Part shown: positions 45,165-53,996 of the stretch, one piece after another
Layout of the letters: every line of letters begins with the position of its first letter
How positions within the stretch are numbered: the first letter of the stretch is position 1
NCBI GenBank assembly: GCA_016649875.1
Contig: JAENWW010000003.1
Span: 26,415 to 90,414 of the forward strand
DNA length: 64,000 nucleotides
Reading direction: 5' to 3'
DNA from: Coriobacteriia bacterium
Lineage (GTDB): Bacteria > Actinomycetota > Coriobacteriia > WRKU01 > JAENWW01
The notes under the pieces: model-generated
What the model was told of the DNA's origin: nothing
Databases searched by the model: none
What the model saw: the letters and a program-made list of their open reading frames with translations, nothing else
Translations under genes and position numbers: made by a program

Positions 45165-45577
45165 TGTCGGTCAACCACCATTTTTAAAGAGCCTGCTTCA
45201 ATTCTGTCCCCGGGCCGTAAAGCTTGGGGTGTCCTCACCGGCATTCCGTTGAGGAGCGTTCCGTTCGTCGATCCGAGATCTTCGAGAACCGCACCGTCTT
45301 GCACAGGCGTCAAGCGCGCATGCGAACCGGAGAGGAGTTCGTCGTTGACGTGTATGTCATTGCCGGGGGCGCGACCGATGAGGAGTATCGCGTTGAGATT
45401 AAACGTCGTTCCCTCGAGAGTGGGCGGACCATCGACGATAGTGACGGTATAGACGGATTGTTTTGATTTGCGTGATCCTTGGGCCAAACCTATCCCGCTC
45501 TTTATTGCGAAGAGCAAAAAAAGATAGAGGAGTATGAGGAGGGCGACTCGGCCGGCGAATAAGAGCAAATCAATCAC
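45161..45577 (-). CDS. fhaB: FHA-domain membrane protein (FhaB/FipA-like)
   Basis: N-terminal transmembrane segment and a C-terminal FHA domain (GR...N...SGSHARL...LEDLGSTNGT). Confidence 0.8.
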   Translation of the reverse strand: MIDLLLFAGRVALLILLYLFLLFAIKSGIGLAQGSRKSKQSVYTVTIVDGPPTLEGTTFNLNAILLIGRAPGNDIHVNDELLSGSHARLTPVQDGAVLEDLGSTNGTLLNGMPVRTPQALRPGDRIEAGSLKMVVDRQ

Positions 45578-45579
45578 GG

Positions 45580-46524
45580 CTAGTGTTCCGTTTCTCTATA
45601 TGCGATGGCGGTTGCGCCCACGGTCACCACATCACCGTCTTTTAAGCGACGGTGGGTGACGGGTTGCCCGTTGAGGAGCGTTCCGTTCGTCGAATCGAGG
45701 TCGGCGATTGCCCAGCCGAGGCCTTCCCGTACTATTTCGGCATGCTGCCGGCTCGCTCGCGAGTCTTCGATGAGAATGTCGCAGAGTCCCTTTCGACCGA
45801 TGACGTAGCGGTCTTGCCCGTTCAATACGAACGGGGGTTGGTTTTTGACCGCGATGGTCGCTGTGGCATTCTGCTGCATTCCCGACGAAGAAATCAAAGC
45901 GGTTTCATCATCGGTTGGGCTGCCCACCGGGAAACTACCGCCCAATGAACCGGTCGGGGCGAATGTCGAGGAACGCGGGACGGCGGGAATCGCGTTTTGG
46001 CCGCCTCCCACTCCGAACGTGTTATTGAGATAAGGGTCGACGTTGAGACCTCTGTTGTGGCGATTGGCCGCATAGGACGGCTGCTCGGCTTGAATGCGCG
46101 GTGCGGAGCTCTTTTTCGGAGCTGCCGGTAACGCATCCGGGCCGAACTCTTCGCGTATGGTTTCTTCGGAAAGAGTTTCGCCTATCACATACACCTCTCC
46201 GAGTTTGAAACTGTCATCGACGACGAAAGCGACGATGGGCCGAGTCGACATCAAGTAGTTGTTATTCGATGCATAGGCATGAAGGCGCGTCGCCAGGTCC
46301 GATTCGAGCGTTTCGATTAAATCTCCGAGGGTGGCCTCGTCTTTGGGCGAAATCACGACGGTGTAGACGTTGGCGACATAAATCGTGTTCACGCCGAGCT
46401 TGCGCGTTTTTTCGACCTCTTTGATGGCGGCTTTTTCAATTTCAGCCGGCTGAAGAGGGGAGCGGAAAAGGCGTGAAAAAGGACGTTCGATTGCGCGTTC
46501 CAAGGCACCCTCGACGTTGCTCAT
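45580..46524 (-). CDS. fhaA: FhaA-like protein (N-terminal DUF3662 plus C-terminal FHA domain)
   Basis: N-terminus MSNVEGALERAIERPFSRLF and C-terminal FHA domain (IGR...SRQHAEI...DLDSTNGT). The ORF-track start at 46644 overlaps the upstream kinase, so I prefer the internal Met at 46524. Confidence 0.8.
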   Translation of the reverse strand: MSNVEGALERAIERPFSRLFRSPLQPAEIEKAAIKEVEKTRKLGVNTIYVANVYTVVISPKDEATLGDLIETLESDLATRLHAYASNNNYLMSTRPIVAFVVDDSFKLGEVYVIGETLSEETIREEFGPDALPAAPKKSSAPRIQAEQPSYAANRHNRGLNVDPYLNNTFGVGGGQNAIPAVPRSSTFAPTGSLGGSFPVGSPTDDETALISSSGMQQNATATIAVKNQPPFVLNGQDRYVIGRKGLCDILIEDSRASRQHAEIVREGLGWAIADLDSTNGTLLNGQPVTHRRLKDGDVVTVGATAIAYRETEH

Positions 46525-46556
46525 GTTGCCCCCTGAATTTTTCTTCGAGCGACTGC

Positions 46557-48089
46557 TCACGCTTGTTCCTTTCTTCTGCTCATCGATAATGCCCCGACTA
46601 GTGCTGTTACTATATACGCTAGTGCGAGAAATAGGTTCATCCACGCGAGGTTGTCCCGGAATAGATGAGGGAACAAACTTTGCAAAGAGGATGAACTCGA
46701 AAAGTTCGCCTCAACGGCAAAACAGACCAGCAGCGTGCCGATGCTTGCCACCGCATTCGACTTTCGTGCGATGAAAAACCACCACGAACAGCATATGGGC
46801 AGAGCGATTGACGCTATCGCCCACTGTCCGGCGGCCCCCAAAAGCAAAGCGAGCACGAGCCCCGACAAAACCGAACCGAGCCGAGGTGCGATTCCGACCA
46901 ATGCGCCCAGTATTATACCCACAAGCAGCGGAACCGGTACTCCGTCGGATGTCGCGGCGCCCGCGCCGAGCGCGTGTGAAAGCCGATAGTATCCGAAAAG
47001 ATGGTACACGGCCGTAGCGGTTATTCCTCCCACCATGATACGCCAAATGGTGAGCCATATGGTTTTTGCGGAAACAATCGATCGGTCTACGGCGCGCTCG
47101 CGTTCGAGGCGTGTTTCCTCAAGTCGGTCTTCGTCGGTTTGGTCGTCGGTGAGCTCCTCGACGACACTTTGCAGTTCTTTTCGGCCGATGCGCTCATCTC
47201 CGAGGCGGTCGAGCAAAGCTTCGTTGAACTTCTTGATGCCGGGGTATCGGTCTTCCGCGTCGCGTGAAAGCGCTGTTGCAAAAACAGCATCGAGCACCGC
47301 ATCTCCGGTCTCCAAGAGAGCCGGTTCATCGGTTTCTTGGGCGTGAAGCATCTGCTGAAACGATGCACCGGAACCGGCGACATTCGCATAAGGGCATTCG
47401 TCGGTGCAAAGTTCGTACATGACGGCCGCAAAGGCCCACTCATCGGTTTCTTTGCTTGCTGGCTTATCTCTCAATTGTTCGAGCGGCATGTAGCCGATGG
47501 TGCCTCCGCCGGCCGAGCCGTGTCCCGTCGTGCCGGAGAGCAATGCGAGTCCGAAGTCGATGATTTTGACGCGTCCATCGTGATTGATGAGGATATTGCG
47601 CGGTTTGATGTCGAGGTGGAGGACACCGTTTTTGTGTGCATGGATGAGAGCCGAGCCGATTGATTTTGCCAGGGAGGCGATGGTGTCGTCGTTGAGCGCG
47701 CTGCTCGGAATATCGGCGAGCGTGATGCCGTCGATATACTCCATGATGAGATAGGCTCCCTCATGATTCGATACGAAGTCATAGACGGTTGCAATGTTGG
47801 GGTGGGTCAGCATCGCCGCGGTGCGTGCCTCCGCAAGGCCGAGGGAATCTTTCGAGGTGGTCTGTGCATCGGCGGGGCTCAGGGGGATTTCTTTGATGGC
47901 TACGCGACGCTTAAGCTGTTCGTCCCAAGCGGAAAAGACGGTGCCGTAGCCGCCTGAACCTAGTGTCTCAAGCGGACGATATCGGCCGAGGATGAGTTCC
48001 TCAGGCTGAAGCAAGAGGGCGTCGGCTGCGTCTCTGCGGGCGGTTTCGCGGGAAAGGGCCGTATCGGAATATTTTCTTGTGGCGACCAT
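46557..48089 (-). CDS. Ser/Thr protein kinase (non-RD: HLDIKPRN) with a polytopic C-terminal membrane domain
   Basis: Kinase motifs GSGGYGTV, VAIK, HLDIKPRN and DFG. The C-terminal roughly 170 aa contain at least 4 hydrophobic helices. The start may be 48134 or 48089. Confidence 0.75.
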   Translation of the reverse strand: MVATRKYSDTALSRETARRDAADALLLQPEELILGRYRPLETLGSGGYGTVFSAWDEQLKRRVAIKEIPLSPADAQTTSKDSLGLAEARTAAMLTHPNIATVYDFVSNHEGAYLIMEYIDGITLADIPSSALNDDTIASLAKSIGSALIHAHKNGVLHLDIKPRNILINHDGRVKIIDFGLALLSGTTGHGSAGGGTIGYMPLEQLRDKPASKETDEWAFAAVMYELCTDECPYANVAGSGASFQQMLHAQETDEPALLETGDAVLDAVFATALSRDAEDRYPGIKKFNEALLDRLGDERIGRKELQSVVEELTDDQTDEDRLEETRLERERAVDRSIVSAKTIWLTIWRIMVGGITATAVYHLFGYYRLSHALGAGAATSDGVPVPLLVGIILGALVGIAPRLGSVLSGLVLALLLGAAGQWAIASIALPICCSWWFFIARKSNAVASIGTLLVCFAVEANFSSSSSLQSLFPHLFRDNLAWMNLFLALAYIVTALVGALSMSRRKEQA

Positions 48090-48230
48090 AGGGGTAATTC
48101 TACCTAAAAAGCGGTCATCAGACAGAAAACCCACAGCAGTGTTGGCATTTTGTTGTTTGGAATGTTACTATCAAACGGCGTTTTTTGTGGTTGTTTCAGG
48201 GTATCATTCTCTTGGCGACCATTCATATCG

Positions 48231-48316
48231 GCGGGTGTGGCGGAACGGCAGACGCGCATGGTTCAGGTCCATGTGGGGGAAACCCTGTAGGAGTTCAAAT
48301 CTCCTCACCCGCACCA
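48231..48316 (+). tRNA. tRNA-Leu (anticodon CAG), long variable arm
   Basis: Hand fold: acceptor GCGGGTG/CACCCGC, 3-bp D-stem, anticodon stem CATGG/CCATG with loop TTCAGGT, variable arm TGGGGGAAACCCTGT, T-arm AGGAGTTCAAATCTCCT and a 3' CCA. Confidence 0.8.
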
Positions 48317-48412
48317 TCTCATTCAATGACTCGCCGATGGTTTTCCAATCGGGAATCGAGTTTTCAAAATTTCCGATATCACTGCCTAAACCGTTTGAGA
48401 AAGGGAAGAATC

Positions 48413-48952
48413 ATGGAACTCAAAGGTTCAATCACAGAGGCTAACCTCCAAACCGCATTCGCAGGAGAGTCGCAAGCCCGCAACAAATACACCTATTATT
48501 CAGGCCAGGCTCTCAAGGACGGGTTCGTTCAAATCTCGAAGTTCTTTGATGAGACCGCGCACAACGAGATGGCTCACGCGAAAATTTGGTTCAAGATTTT
48601 ACACGGCGGCTCAGTGCCGGCCACGAGGGTTGCGCTTGAAGACGCCGCCAAAGGTGAGCACTTCGAGTGGACGGAAATGTATCCGCGTTTTGCAAAGACG
48701 GCCCATGAAGAGGGATTCGATGCTATCGCGGTGCTTTTCGAAGAGGTTGCTAAAATTGAAAAGGAACACGAGGTTCGCTATTTGAACTTACGCGCGAATG
48801 TCGATAACGGTGAAGTATTCGCAAAACCGGAGATAGTGGTGTGGCGTTGCGAAAACTGCGGACACCTACACATCGGCAAAGAGGCGCCCGAGGAGTGCCC
48901 CGTGTGCAGTCATCCGAAGGCGCACTTCGAGCTTATTGCGAAGAACTACTAG
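48413..48952 (+). CDS. rbr: Rubrerythrin
   Basis: Ferritin-like di-iron ExxH motifs plus a C-terminal rubredoxin-like CxxC...CxxC (CENCGH...CPVCSHP). RBS GAAAGGGAAG. The longer ORF from 48185 would run through the tRNA and is rejected. Confidence 0.85.
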   Translation: MELKGSITEANLQTAFAGESQARNKYTYYSGQALKDGFVQISKFFDETAHNEMAHAKIWFKILHGGSVPATRVALEDAAKGEHFEWTEMYPRFAKTAHEEGFDAIAVLFEEVAKIEKEHEVRYLNLRANVDNGEVFAKPEIVVWRCENCGHLHIGKEAPEECPVCSHPKAHFELIAKNY

Positions 48953-50453
48953 ACGAGGGCTTATATCCGATCTGCTCGGCCATACTTTTTGCATCTTGCG
49001 ATTTTTCGAGTGCGGTTTCCGCTGATATCTTTTTCTCTTTGAAGAGTTGGCGCAGGCTGTGATCGAGCGTCGCCATTCCGATGTTACCCCCGGATTGGAT
49101 GATGCTTAGCATCTGGTGAGTCTTTCCTTCACGGATCAGGTTCCCGATGGCCGGAATTCCGAGCATGATTTCTTGGGCGAGTACGCGTCCTTTTCCATCG
49201 GAGGTTTCGCAGAGGACTTGGGACAGAACACCGAGCAGGGTGCCGGAGAGTTGCATGCGAATTTGGTTTTGTTGCGCAGGAGGGAAGACATCGATTATAC
49301 GGTCGATGGTTTCAGGCCCTCCGATTGTATGAAGCGTTCCGAAGACGAGGTGGCCGGTTTCAGCAGCGGTGATCGCCGCTGAAATGGTTTCGAGGTCGCG
49401 CATCTCACCGACAAGGATGACGTCGGGGTCTTGGCGTAGCACATGTTTGAGCGCTGCGGCGAAGCTCTCAGTGTCTTCTCCGATTTCACGCTGGTTGACT
49501 AAAGCTTTTTTGTTCTGATGTATGAACTCGATGGGGTCTTCCATCGTGACGATATGAACGGCTTTCGTTTCGTTGATGTAATCGATCATCGCCGCGAGCG
49601 TCGTTGATTTTCCCGAGCCGGTAGGTCCGGTTACGAGAACGAGACCGCGGGGCTTATCGGCCAGATCCGTACATACTTGCGGTAAGCCGAGTTGTTTTAT
49701 GGTGGGAATGCCGAAGGGGATGGTACGTAAAACGGCGCCCATCGCTCCGCGTTGCCTGAACACGTTGACGCGGAATCGTGATTTCCCGGGAAGCGAATAA
49801 GAAAGATCCGATTCGAACGTTTCCTCATACTCTCGAAGACGTTTTTCGGGGATGATGGGGACGATTACCTTGACGGTATCGTCGCCGTAAAATTTCGGAT
49901 GGCCTTCGAGTTCGAACAGGCGGCCGTTCACGCGGACACGGGGGGCCGACCCGTTGCTGATATGCAAGTCGGATGCGCCCATTTCAAGCATGGTGATTAA
50001 AAGCTCATCCATAGAGGGCAGGCGTTCTCCGCTGCGCGAGAGTCCGGGCGACTCGAGCATGACATGGTCGGCCTTTGGTTTGCTTGCAGTCAAAGTATAC
50101 CCGTTGGTCAGCCAAGAGATGAACTCCGAAGCTTCCGCCGATTCGCACCAGAGGGCGTGAGAGTTCTTTGCGAGACTCGCGCCGTTTGCATGTCCTTGCG
50201 TGGCGAAAAAAATGACTTTGGCATCGTGGGCGGTTGCAGCGTTGCAAATGTCGTCAAGAAAAGAATCCGCGTCGAGCATCGAGAGATCCACGGCGACATG
50301 GTCCGGCTTCAACATGCTGATGGCCCCTGGTGCACGCGTGGGCGCCGGCACCTGGAATACTTCGGAGTCCGGAGCGGCTTTTACGAGGTCGTTTTGGAGG
50401 GTACTTTGAAATTTTTGGTTGTCAGAGACGACCAAAAGACGAAATTCAGGCAT
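48933..50453 (-). CDS. pilT: Type IV pilus retraction ATPase PilT/PilU-family with a roughly 150-aa N-terminal receiver-like extension
   Basis: Walker [12 protein letters not shown], Asp box, Walker B and the PilT signature (AIRNLIREGK-like: [13 protein letters not shown]). The N-terminus LLVVSDNQ...VAVDL...IFFAT resembles a degenerate REC fold. Confidence 0.8.
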   Translation of the reverse strand: MPEFRLLVVSDNQKFQSTLQNDLVKAAPDSEVFQVPAPTRAPGAISMLKPDHVAVDLSMLDADSFLDDICNAATAHDAKVIFFATQGHANGASLAKNSHALWCESAEASEFISWLTNGYTLTASKPKADHVMLESPGLSRSGERLPSMDELLITMLEMGASDLHISNGSAPRVRVNGRLFELEGHPKFYGDDTVKVIVPIIPEKRLREYEETFESDLSYSLPGKSRFRVNVFRQRGAMGAVLRTIPFGIPTIKQLGLPQVCTDLADKPRGLVLVTGPTGSGKSTTLAAMIDYINETKAVHIVTMEDPIEFIHQNKKALVNQREIGEDTESFAAALKHVLRQDPDVILVGEMRDLETISAAITAAETGHLVFGTLHTIGGPETIDRIIDVFPPAQQNQIRMQLSGTLLGVLSQVLCETSDGKGRVLAQEIMLGIPAIGNLIREGKTHQMLSIIQSGGNIGMATLDHSLRQLFKEKKISAETALEKSQDAKSMAEQIGYKPSSSSSSQ

Positions 50454-50486
50454 TATTTCTCCGATTATTCAGTAGGACTTCTCTCG

Positions 50487-51326
50487 TTATTTCGAGCCGT
50501 CGTTGATTTTCAGGGTGCGGGTTAAGGTGCCGTCGGTGACGGTTGCCGAGGCGGCGCCGATCGATTTGACGGACCACGTCGTTTTACCGATGGTTTCGCC
50601 GACTTTCGCCTCATATGTTGTTCCGCCGACCACGAATACGGCGACTTTTTTGCCGTTGCTCGTGCCGACGCCTTCAAGCGGTGGCGGTCCATACGAAGAA
50701 GTCGAGTCGTTCGCTCCCGCAACCGAGGTCGCTCCCGTGGGCTTGGCGGTTTGAGGTGGCGTCACGGTAACTCCGTTGGCCGCATGTTCGTCGATATCGA
50801 GTGCATCCTCGATAGTCACGATGTAGTTCTTATTGATTGCGCTCGAGCTGTCCCCAACGCGCGGACCTTTGACCGGCTCCATGATGTTTCGGCCCGAACG
50901 ATAGTAATCCCAATTTTCGAGATCTTGACCGAGCGCGTCACTCTGAGAAGCGGAAGTGTCGGTTTCATCTTGTAGGGAACTTGCCGTTTTCGTGCTCTCC
51001 GTGCTCGTGGTTTCCACCGATGTCTTGGTACCCGGAGCGGGGATGACCGTGACGTTGTCATTTTGTGCGGTAACCGCATGCTGTGCACGATATAAAACGA
51101 CACCTGCGGGAATAATGAGCGCCAGCAGGCAAACCACACCGAAAACCGCCCAAATCACTGCGCGCTTGGTGCCGTCGGGGCTCTTTTCGCCTTCGTCGTT
51201 TTCGACAAGTTCATTTTCCGGCGGTGCCGGCGTAGTATCTTTGTCGGATTCGATGTCAGGAACCGTATTCGTTCCATCGTCGGTCGACGGTGCTGATTCC
51301 TCGATGAGATCATGTTCATTGGTCAT
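50487..51326 (-). CDS. Uncharacterised single-pass membrane protein in the pilus locus (acidic N-terminus, TM, Ser/Thr-rich linker, C-terminal beta-rich domain); possible PilP-like or novel assembly component
   Basis: ATG 2 nt after the pilO stop with an AGGAGG RBS. There is one transmembrane segment (AVIWAVFGVVCLLALIIPAGVVLY). No recognisable family. Confidence 0.4.
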   Translation of the reverse strand: MTNEHDLIEESAPSTDDGTNTVPDIESDKDTTPAPPENELVENDEGEKSPDGTKRAVIWAVFGVVCLLALIIPAGVVLYRAQHAVTAQNDNVTVIPAPGTKTSVETTSTESTKTASSLQDETDTSASQSDALGQDLENWDYYRSGRNIMEPVKGPRVGDSSSAINKNYIVTIEDALDIDEHAANGVTVTPPQTAKPTGATSVAGANDSTSSYGPPPLEGVGTSNGKKVAVFVVGGTTYEAKVGETIGKTTWSVKSIGAASATVTDGTLTRTLKINDGSK

Positions 51327-51328
51327 GG

Positions 51329-52000
51329 CTACTTGGCACCTCCTTGAGTCGTTGCGGCACTCGTCGATGCCGCGGCGGTGGATGCGCTCGCCGCTGATAA
51401 GACGGATGATTGGGGGATATAGTAAATTTGCACTTTGATGATGGTTTTCACCGGGTATGCTTCCGGGTCCCAGTGTTTCGCAACCCTGTTGGGGACGGCG
51501 CTTCCACCTCGGATACCGGTTAATCGAGTGAAAGCGACATTGGTGACGCGCACTTGGCGATTCATATCGCGAAGGTCGCGCAAGAAAGACAGGGTATCGA
51601 GCCAGCCACCTTCGAGAGAAATCTCCGTATCCCATGAGAGGTACTTCATGCCCACGGTCGTAACCGGATCGGTGTTCGTGATGTTTACCATCCAGTGGTT
51701 GTTTTCATAGGCTATGTTCTGTATTTGGCGCAAAACATCCGAAAGCTGGGCGCTCTCCGGTATCTCGGCCTTTTGGTTGGCGGTATCGATTGCGAGCTGG
51801 CCGCTCTCTTTTGCGAGCTGTGTCCTTTTGGCAAGCAAAGTCCGTGCGGCCAAGAGGTCTGCCTGGGCGTTGAGTTTTTCTTGCTTGAGGACTGTAGATT
51901 TTTTATATTGAGGGTAGAGGGTGCCCGCGACGACGCCGAGAACGATCAAAAAACAACCTGCGAGAACCAGTGCCACTTTGATACGAGGAGAAAGTTTCAT
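51329..52000 (-). CDS. pilO: Type IV pilus assembly protein PilO-like
   Basis: N-terminal TM, a coiled-coil region and a C-terminal PilO-like domain. Conserved position after pilN. Confidence 0.6.
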   Translation of the reverse strand: MKLSPRIKVALVLAGCFLIVLGVVAGTLYPQYKKSTVLKQEKLNAQADLLAARTLLAKRTQLAKESGQLAIDTANQKAEIPESAQLSDVLRQIQNIAYENNHWMVNITNTDPVTTVGMKYLSWDTEISLEGGWLDTLSFLRDLRDMNRQVRVTNVAFTRLTGIRGGSAVPNRVAKHWDPEAYPVKTIIKVQIYYIPQSSVLSAASASTAAASTSAATTQGGAK

Positions 52001-52710
52001 TATCTCGTAGCCCCCCCAGTGGCCGTTGCGGCCTTATCCGTCCAAAGGTGCGTGTCCCCGCCGGTGTCGATCGTTAATTTCAGGTCGCCGGTGATGCTGA
52101 ACTGGTCGACGACATCGGGGAAGTTGTCTTGTATGGCCGCCGAATAAAGAGAATCGGAACCCTCGTAGTTGTTGTACGCATCAGTCATCGCACCTTTACT
52201 CAGCCAAAGATTGTGTACTATCGGTGCTTCTCCGAGCGAATCCATCGCGTTGGCGACGCCCTTCCAATCCTTATCGGTCGGGTTGCCACCGGTATCTTCC
52301 ACGACACCGTTGAGGGACATGCCCATTAGGGCGTCGAACGACATATTCTCGATTGAAACGGTCGAAGGCAAGTATTTGGTTACGGCCAATCCGCACAAAT
52401 AGGGATCCATGCGCTGGGCGAGTGCTTGATTGACTATTGTTTCACGCGCGGTGAAGGTTTTCTTCGCGTCTTCATATTTTTTGAGTTTTGCGGCCTGGGC
52501 TTTCGTGTCCGTGGTCTCACTTTTCGTCGCATTGAGTTCATCGGTGCGCGAAGAAAGATTGATGGCGAAGCCGATAAAAAACAGTCCGATGAGTAAGAGA
52601 CAAATCAGCCCGATGATTGCAATCCACGGATACCAAAGCTCGAATCTACGTTGATCGAGGATTGCTTGGGGAAGAAGGTTGATTTTTTGGTTGTTCTTGA
52701 CAGCCATCAT
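52000..52710 (-). CDS. pilN: Type IV pilus assembly protein PilN-like
   Basis: The N-terminus INLLPQ...RRF..W is the conserved PilN motif. There is one transmembrane segment. Confidence 0.7.
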   Translation of the reverse strand: MMAVKNNQKINLLPQAILDQRRFELWYPWIAIIGLICLLLIGLFFIGFAINLSSRTDELNATKSETTDTKAQAAKLKKYEDAKKTFTARETIVNQALAQRMDPYLCGLAVTKYLPSTVSIENMSFDALMGMSLNGVVEDTGGNPTDKDWKGVANAMDSLGEAPIVHNLWLSKGAMTDAYNNYEGSDSLYSAAIQDNFPDVVDQFSITGDLKLTIDTGGDTHLWTDKAATATGGATR

Positions 52711-53870
52711 CTGCCTCCGATCGCAAGACCGATTGCAGGAGCGTAGCTGTATCGTTCGGTCCCGAGATAGCGCTGCTGCGTGTCGGATACACTGATGGAA
52801 GCGAACGGATCGGCGATTTGAATATCCGCCTTCAGCGAAGCTTCGAGATAAGCGGGCAAGTTGATAAGGCGCATGCCGGAACCCGTCGCGAATATTTTCG
52901 TGATTTCGGCGCCGCTTGCGCTGTTCGATATATAGAATTCGAGCGAAAGTCTGAGCTCGTTTATATAACGGCTCACCTCGCGTTCGAGAACACTCTGGGC
53001 TTTGAACACCAGTTCGGCGTCGTAATCCATGAGCGCGGGAACGCTGCCGTCGAGAGCGGGGAGACCTAAGTCTCGTTTGATCTTTTCCGCCTCATCAAGG
53101 GGAATATCCAACTCGCGCGCAAGCATGGTGGTGAACATATCGCCGCCTGTGGGGAGGAACCTGATGAAGCGAGGCACTCCCGCCTCGACAATTGCCAAAT
53201 TGGTGGTTCCGGAAGCGATATGCAAGACGGCGACGGTCTCGGTCTCTCCGAAAAAGCCATCATAGTTGATGGGTGCTTCATTGTCGCCGAGCACCGATCG
53301 CACGAGCGCAAGCGGGGTGAGGTCGATTCTCGCGAGTTTGAGACCGGCATCCTGTATCGAAGACACCACTTTATCGATGATGTTCCGTTCGACCGCCGAG
53401 AGCATGAGTTCGTAGACGCGCTCGCCTTTATCATTGACCTTTTCGCCGGTGATGGCGAAATCGATGATGGCATCTTCAACGGGAATGGGGATGAATTCTT
53501 GTGCTTGGAGAAGGACGGCCTCCCGTAGATCTTTTTCTTCCGTCCACGGGAAGTCGATCATTCTGAAGATGATTTGCTGATTGGCGACACCGGTCGCAAC
53601 GACTTTTCCGGTGAACTTGCGCTCACGCCAAAATGTCTTCAACGCCTCGGTGATGGCTGCGGTATCGATGATTTCGCCCTCATCGGTCGCATCTTTGGGG
53701 ATTGAAATCGATCCGAAATCGTGAAGCACGAGTTCGCCGTTGTGGCGCTTCAACTGAGCGGCACGTATTTGGTTGTGCCCTATGTCCAGCCCCACCGGAA
53801 GCTCTTGGCCTGAAAATGATATTCGACCTGCCACTTTAGCCCTCGCGTCTTTATGTGTCGATGTCTGCAT
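52707..53870 (-). CDS. pilM: Type IV pilus assembly ATPase-fold protein PilM
   Basis: Actin-like/FtsA fold motifs (VGLDIGHNQIRAAQL...). It overlaps pilN. Confidence 0.8.
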   Translation of the reverse strand: MQTSTHKDARAKVAGRISFSGQELPVGLDIGHNQIRAAQLKRHNGELVLHDFGSISIPKDATDEGEIIDTAAITEALKTFWRERKFTGKVVATGVANQQIIFRMIDFPWTEEKDLREAVLLQAQEFIPIPVEDAIIDFAITGEKVNDKGERVYELMLSAVERNIIDKVVSSIQDAGLKLARIDLTPLALVRSVLGDNEAPINYDGFFGETETVAVLHIASGTTNLAIVEAGVPRFIRFLPTGGDMFTTMLARELDIPLDEAEKIKRDLGLPALDGSVPALMDYDAELVFKAQSVLEREVSRYINELRLSLEFYISNSASGAEITKIFATGSGMRLINLPAYLEASLKADIQIADPFASISVSDTQQRYLGTERYSYAPAIGLAIGGR

Positions 53871-53996
53871 GTATCGGTTTTATCGTGCTGCAATAAAATG
53901 CACCACCAATACTAGTTTATTTGTTCGACTTCGACGCGCCTTGCAGAATTACGTCACTGAGCGTTAGCGGTTTTGTTGCTTTCCCGTCATTTAATC

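Noticed and set aside
48185-48412. Upstream extension of the rubrerythrin ORF (track ORF 48185-48952)
   Set aside because: The extension runs straight through a well-formed tRNA-Leu (48231-48316). The true start is the ATG at 48413, which has an RBS.
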